Part shown: one piece after another, positions 59,045 through 64,000 of the stretch | Position numbering within the stretch: position 1 is the first letter of the stretch | Layout of the letters: each line of letters begins with the position of its first letter | DNA from: an uncultured archaeon | Lineage (GTDB): Archaea > Asgardarchaeota > Thorarchaeia > Thorarchaeales > Thorarchaeaceae | Direction of reading: 5' to 3' | Length of the DNA stretch: 64,000 nt | Assembly: GCA_964473825.1 (NCBI GenBank) | Contig: CAYYQL010000002.1 | Coordinates: 32,001 to 96,000, forward strand | Program-made: the position numbers and the translations under genes | Notes under the pieces: generated by a model | What the model was told of the DNA's origin: nothing | Database searches by the model: none | What the model saw: only the letters and a program-made list of their open reading frames with translations

Positions 59045-61810
59045 TCAATACAAGTCAACAGGCACCCAGAAGGTTGTCCATGGAGCTGCAAATGTCGGTT
59101 CGCCAGACTGTATGTTGTCCCAGAACAGAAAGCGAATTTGATAGTTCATCCCTGGAATCATCCTCAAGTCCTGGGGGTCTGAGGAGTTCAGTGGTAACAG
59201 GAATTCCACAGTCCGATTACCGATGGCGTATTCTGACGGGGTGGAGTCAGACGAGTCTGGTACCCAATCGCCTTCGAAGCTCACATATCCGTCAAAATAG
59301 TCATGACCATCATAATTCACGACGCGAATGTCTGGACTCGAGATAGTTCCCAGATCGGATAGCTGAATCCCAAAGGCGTCATTCTCCACGTCAAGCTGAT
59401 CCATTTCGATTCCGAAGTACACATGTGTGCCGTTGGCACGTGTGTACACCGTCGCCTCATAGCCGCCTCCGAAGACTACCTCAAAGGAGGCAAAGTCCTG
59501 CTCGGACGCTGAAACATTACCATTCATGTCTACATTGAGAGTGCCCTTTTCAATGGGCCAGTCTGAATCGAGCTTGTTCTGATATTGTTCCAGCATCGTG
59601 TAGTCTATCTCATAAATTTTCACGAGACCATATTCACCGCTGGTGAAGACCAAATCAAACGCACCATGGAGATTCTGAGGAGCATTGTTCTTCCAGCGTG
59701 TATCGGGGTTGTTCTGATCACTCAGATACTGCATGTCAGCCTGCTGCCGCGATTCAGGCAGATTCATCTGAGCCAGCTCTTCCTCACTGCGTGGTTCCCC
59801 ATATAGCATCAGTTTGTAAAGCGTTGTTTCGAAGAACGCATTTAGAGTGTAGTCGGTCTCAGTCTGAGACGTATCAGGGTTGTCGCCGAGATAGGTCTTG
59901 TCGTCAATCACGGCACTTCCGAGACGGTCCTCAGCAATGCGCACCATCCAAGGCCATTTCCCCTCGTCGCCACCAAAGCCCGACACACGGTGGCCCCAAT
60001 ACACTAGGACATGCGACGTATTCCACTTCTTGAAGGTCTCCAAGGATGCTGTCAGGTTTCGGGCCATCATTGCATAGCCCATGAGAGCTATCTGTGTGGC
60101 ATTATGTGTGGAGTTGTCCACTATCGTCTGGGCACCCCCGGCACTGTTGATCCAGTAACCGTAATCCCACCAGCTTGCAATGGTAGCAGTTGAAGGGAGA
60201 ACATTCCGAATGAAGTTCATTGCCGTCTGCCAGTCCGTATTCCTTGCACCAGTAGAGATCTGGCCAGATGCAAATTCAGGCCTTCCTGCTTGATTTGTCG
60301 AGTAGTTCACGCCGCCGAATATTGTCATTGAGAGCAACAGCCCGACAAAGACATAGGCAGCAAGAGCGTGTTCGGAGGTCAGTGATGAGCTCATGCGCAG
60401 TCGCCGTCGTTCAAATACAGACTGCTGAGTGAAGATTCTGGAGAAGGGGGTTAGTACTTGATTCACAGCAATAGCTGACAGCACTGCGACACCAGGGGCA
60501 AGGATAAGACCAAGACGAATCATACTCCCTGCGAAATAGACAGCAGTGACTCCGTACAGAATGATTAGCCAATCCTCATCTTTTCCTCTTTTGAAAGCGA
60601 AGTACATGCCCAATGGGAAGAAGAAGACAAGAACGAGGAGGGTGTTATAGAAACTACTCCATGGAGTCGGCATGTGTTCCGCCACTGATGCGAATATCCT
60701 CTGGTCAAGCCTGTAGAATGGGTTGATAACTGTCAGAAACTTGCCGCCAATGGTTAGAATAGGGTTGGCATTGGCCGTGGAAATGTCTAGCTCGGAACCA
60801 CTGGCGTAGATGAAGTACGATGTTGCTGCAATCACAGGAGCACCTATCGCGAGAAGTATGGGTTTCATGTGGGGAGAGAGTGCTTCTGCTGTGGATTCTC
60901 TATAGCTCTCCACCCTCAACCATATCTCGTATATTGCCAGCAGAGCAGCAACGCCGATAGGCACCAATGTTGAAAATTGCGTCAGATTGTTGAAGCCATT
61001 CCTAGGGACCAGCCCCCCAATGAACATACCAATCGAAACTGTGGTCAGATATGATGAGAGCAATCTCTTGCTGTAGCGACCTGCGACCAACAATAGAAAT
61101 GCATAGAGGGCAAACAGGTCAAGAAGAAAGTCAGCTGCACCCCATGAAGATAGAAGATATGCCAGAGACAGACCTGCTCCAACAGCAGAGGGAAGGGAAT
61201 TCCTCTTGATACTTCTGGTAAAGAAGAACACTGTCAGAACGATAGCAAACACACCGATACATTCGTTGTCATAAAATCCTACTATTGTTCTCTGTAGAAA
61301 TGCAGGCATGAATCCCATGAAGAGAGCACTTAGAAGACCAACTGAATTATTCGAGATCTCTCGTCCAAGGAAGAAAGCTGCAATAGTTGTGAGTGCGCCC
61401 AATAAGGCGGGCATCAGGATTGAAACATAAGTCACACTGACGGGTATACCAAGTCCGTTTGCAGCAAAGTATAGGAAAGCACTTGTGAAGGGTACTCCAA
61501 CATAGGTAGTCCTACCTATCTCTCTGCCAAAGGGCACCCACGTATAGGCATCATGCCAGCCAAAATACGCGCCGTATCCGTTCTCGACTACATACTCGGT
61601 CGCCTTCAGCTGAAACCACGGGTCAAATGCACGGACAATAGGTTGTGCATCAATAAGAGGAATAAGTCGTAGTGCCAGAGAAGCGAAGAAGATGATAGTG
61701 AGCGTAACGGCAATGATGATGGATCCTCGTGAAATCTTTGCTTTTGGTCTATGGAATGCTCTTCTCAGAAACCTTCCAGTTGACCGCTTGTATCTATTGA
61801 ACTTAGACAT
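59045..61810 (-). CDS. aglB: Oligosaccharyltransferase AglB/STT3
   Basis: FDPWF, GFYDNE, SVAEH, WWDYG, DEGKWPWMVRI. Confidence 0.93.
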   Translation of the reverse strand: MSKFNRYKRSTGRFLRRAFHRPKAKISRGSIIIAVTLTIIFFASLALRLIPLIDAQPIVRAFDPWFQLKATEYVVENGYGAYFGWHDAYTWVPFGREIGRTTYVGVPFTSAFLYFAANGLGIPVSVTYVSILMPALLGALTTIAAFFLGREISNNSVGLLSALFMGFMPAFLQRTIVGFYDNECIGVFAIVLTVFFFTRSIKRNSLPSAVGAGLSLAYLLSSWGAADFLLDLFALYAFLLLVAGRYSKRLLSSYLTTVSIGMFIGGLVPRNGFNNLTQFSTLVPIGVAALLAIYEIWLRVESYRESTAEALSPHMKPILLAIGAPVIAATSYFIYASGSELDISTANANPILTIGGKFLTVINPFYRLDQRIFASVAEHMPTPWSSFYNTLLVLVFFFPLGMYFAFKRGKDEDWLIILYGVTAVYFAGSMIRLGLILAPGVAVLSAIAVNQVLTPFSRIFTQQSVFERRRLRMSSSLTSEHALAAYVFVGLLLSMTIFGGVNYSTNQAGRPEFASGQISTGARNTDWQTAMNFIRNVLPSTATIASWWDYGYWINSAGGAQTIVDNSTHNATQIALMGYAMMARNLTASLETFKKWNTSHVLVYWGHRVSGFGGDEGKWPWMVRIAEDRLGSAVIDDKTYLGDNPDTSQTETDYTLNAFFETTLYKLMLYGEPRSEEELAQMNLPESRQQADMQYLSDQNNPDTRWKNNAPQNLHGAFDLVFTSGEYGLVKIYEIDYTMLEQYQNKLDSDWPIEKGTLNVDMNGNVSASEQDFASFEVVFGGGYEATVYTRANGTHVYFGIEMDQLDVENDAFGIQLSDLGTISSPDIRVVNYDGHDYFDGYVSFEGDWVPDSSDSTPSEYAIGNRTVEFLLPLNSSDPQDLRMIPGMNYQIRFLFWDNIQSGEPTFAAPWTTFWVPVDLY

Positions 61811-61993
61811 GCAGAGTGCTCTCTCCGTTCTGACTCGAATCCAACGGAGCAGATTTGGGATGTGCTAAAAAGGTTGTGTTTGGAGGTAGAGGTGTACTAC
61901 CTAGTATGACCTATTGGTGGCAAAAAGATTGGATTCTTGAAAAGAAAAGTGGTGATGACCTGCCACAGAAGGCCATCGGTCACCATCTGGATA

Positions 61994-62380
61994 TCATTCC
62001 TCGATGAACTCGGCGTATGCTTTTGCATCCATGAGTTTCTTCAGTTCCGCATCTAGGTTGGAGGGTTTAATCTTGAACATCCAGCCCTTACCATAAGGGT
62101 CTTCGTTGACAATCTCCGGAGCATCCTCCAAATCACGATTGACTTCAACAATCTCACCGGAGAGTGGAGAGAATATGTCAGAAGAGGCTTTCATGGACTC
62201 TACCAGGCCAATCTCATCACCCGCATCAACAGCAGTACCTTCTTCGGTTATCTCTACAAAGGTTATCTCGTGCAAAGAGTTCTGTGCGTGATCTGTGATT
62301 CCAACCACAGCTGTGTTGTCCTCAACTCTCACCCATTCGTGTTCTTCGCTGTATACTAAATCATCTGGAACTTTCGTCAT
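61994..62380 (-). CDS. gcvH: Glycine cleavage system H protein
   Basis: HEWV, VGITDHAQ, VESMKA lipoyl site, NEDPYGKGW. Confidence 0.95.
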   Translation of the reverse strand: MTKVPDDLVYSEEHEWVRVEDNTAVVGITDHAQNSLHEITFVEITEEGTAVDAGDEIGLVESMKASSDIFSPLSGEIVEVNRDLEDAPEIVNEDPYGKGWMFKIKPSNLDAELKKLMDAKAYAEFIEE

Positions 62381-62435
62381 ATGGCTCCACCAACTAAGCA
62401 GGTCTGAACTCCTGCTCATTTAAATGACTTCTCAT

Positions 62436-63581
62436 TCAGTCCTTTCGGCTCTCGCCGTATTCATCCGGGTCGTAGAAAGGCCATTGAGTAACTCTGGCTT
62501 TGCGAATGCGTCCTTTGATACCAACCTCGATGGAATCGCCATCTTCAACCAGATTTGGCTTTACATATGCCATACCAATTCCATTGCTAAGCACTGGGGA
62601 CATGGTGCCACTGGTCACTTCTCCAATCTCCTCTCCATTCAGAAGGACAGGATAGTGCTGTCGAGGTATTCCTCGGTCAACCATGACTAGTCCAATGCGG
62701 GTCTTCTCAACACCTTCCTTCTTCTGTTTCCGCACGATATCATAGCCAATATAGTGGGGGTCAACCTTGAACTTCACTGCGTAAGGAATTCGAGCCTCGA
62801 TGGGCGAGGTTTCTTCGTCGAGTTCATGTCCGTACAGAACGAAACCAGCCTCTAGACGAGCAGCATCGCGCGCGCCCAGACCACAGGGCTTGATACCGAA
62901 CTCAGCTCCCAAGTCGAGAATCCCCTCCCAGAATGCAGTGGCCTTCTTCTTCCCGGCGTTGTCAAATGGTGTGTCTAGAAGGAGAATCTCGCCTCCTGTT
63001 TCGCCAGTATAACCTGTCCGACAGAGATAGCATTCTTCATTGAGCAGCTGAACCTTATGTGCACTAAACCGAGGCTGGTCTGAAACGTCATGTTCGCCCA
63101 TTCTTGAGAGGAGTTCCAGGGCCTTTGGCCCCTGGACAGCAATCATCACTATCTCATGTGACTTATCCTGAACCTCTACGTCGAATCTGCTCCGATATTG
63201 AAGCATGTGTGCCCATATTTTGGGCCCATTAGCCGCATTAGTCACCCAGATGTATTGGTTCTCAGCAACCCTGTATAACATGAGGTCGTCTTGAGTTCCA
63301 CCATGCTCGTTGAGACAGGTCGAATAGTGACCATCATTTACATTAAGTTTCTTGACGTTGTTTGTGGTCAGATATTGAAGGAAGTCCGCTGACTCCGGAC
63401 CTTCAATCATAAAACGAAACATGTTGCTAGTGTCAAAGACGCCAACCCCTTCACGGACTGCCATAGTTTCCTCCCGGATGCTGGTGAATCTTACCGGCAT
63501 CTTCCACCCAACGAAATCGACGATGTCACTATGTTTCTTGTGCCAGTCATAGAGATGTGTTCGCTTTGGTTCATTGGTCAT
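62436..63581 (-). CDS. gcvT: Glycine cleavage system T protein
   Basis: GWKMP, VQGP, RTGYTGE, GLGARDAARLEAG, GEVTSG. Confidence 0.95.
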   Translation of the reverse strand: MTNEPKRTHLYDWHKKHSDIVDFVGWKMPVRFTSIREETMAVREGVGVFDTSNMFRFMIEGPESADFLQYLTTNNVKKLNVNDGHYSTCLNEHGGTQDDLMLYRVAENQYIWVTNAANGPKIWAHMLQYRSRFDVEVQDKSHEIVMIAVQGPKALELLSRMGEHDVSDQPRFSAHKVQLLNEECYLCRTGYTGETGGEILLLDTPFDNAGKKKATAFWEGILDLGAEFGIKPCGLGARDAARLEAGFVLYGHELDEETSPIEARIPYAVKFKVDPHYIGYDIVRKQKKEGVEKTRIGLVMVDRGIPRQHYPVLLNGEEIGEVTSGTMSPVLSNGIGMAYVKPNLVEDGDSIEVGIKGRIRKARVTQWPFYDPDEYGESRKD

Positions 63582-63669
63582 CTTGTTTCACCACGAGTCG
63601 CACATGGTGGGTCAAATCCGCTATGTTTTATCTTCTTCCATGTGTCATCTATGATAGAGGTCTTCAACA

Positions 63670-64000
63670 TTGCATGATAGTACTGTCGATATCAATGGGC
63701 TCTTGATAGGTAACAGATATCCACCAAGAGTGATGGGGGTCATCAACCTTTCCCCTGAATCGTTCTACAAGGGTTCTGTACATCAGAACGTTGAGGAAGT
63801 TGTTTCCGCAGCGGGCCAAATGGAGGAAGATGGGGCAGAGCTGATCGACATCGGAGGTGCATCTACCGCACCAAAGGAAATGTATGGAACACTGGGAACC
63901 AACATTGAAACAGAGCTAGAACGTGTCAAGGGAGCCCTGCAAGCCCTAGATGGAAATGTGAGCGTCCCCATCTCAATAGACACTACATCTGCAAAGGTTG
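63670..64000 (+). CDS. folP: Dihydropteroate synthase, 5' part (runs off the window)
   Basis: Hand translation PRVMGVINLSPESFY...GAELIDIGGASTAP...ELERV...PISIDT. Confidence 0.9.
   Translation, partial: MHDSTVDINGLLIGNRYPPRVMGVINLSPESFYKGSVHQNVEEVVSAAGQMEEDGAELIDIGGASTAPKEMYGTLGTNIETELERVKGALQALDGNVSVPISIDTTSAKV

Overview
Chromosomal segment of an archaeon, most likely Asgard and Thorarchaeia-like. This is inferred from gene content: archaeal ProRS, aIF2alpha-Nop10-rpl44e-rps27e-Sec61beta, proteasome beta, TYW1/Trm5, an STT3-like AglB, a Vps29-like phosphoesterase and an LRR protein. Most of the window is housekeeping, plus metal and oxidative-stress modules (ZIP, PadR/ArsM, PerR/Prx, NosL-like ABC cluster). 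Highlights: (1) a 196-nt tRNA-Asn(GTT) gene at 4855-5050 that only folds into a cloverleaf after removing four BHB-type introns, leaving internal exons of 6, 9 and 8 nt; (2) an ~18 kb accessory/defence-like island after tRNA-Lys(CTT), opening with an oversized 718-aa TnpB/Cas12-like RuvC nuclease divergent from a 1555-aa PD-(D/E)XK protein, followed by REase-like, HEPN, two Schlafen/AlbA_2 and decayed ATPase genes; (3) a ~140-bp MITE family with 9-bp target-site duplications, one copy disrupting a 2-hydroxyacid dehydrogenase and two different elements stacked at one target; (4) a linalool dehydratase/isomerase-like secreted enzyme. No CRISPR array or rRNA was seen. All calls come from reading motifs by eye; no searches were run.
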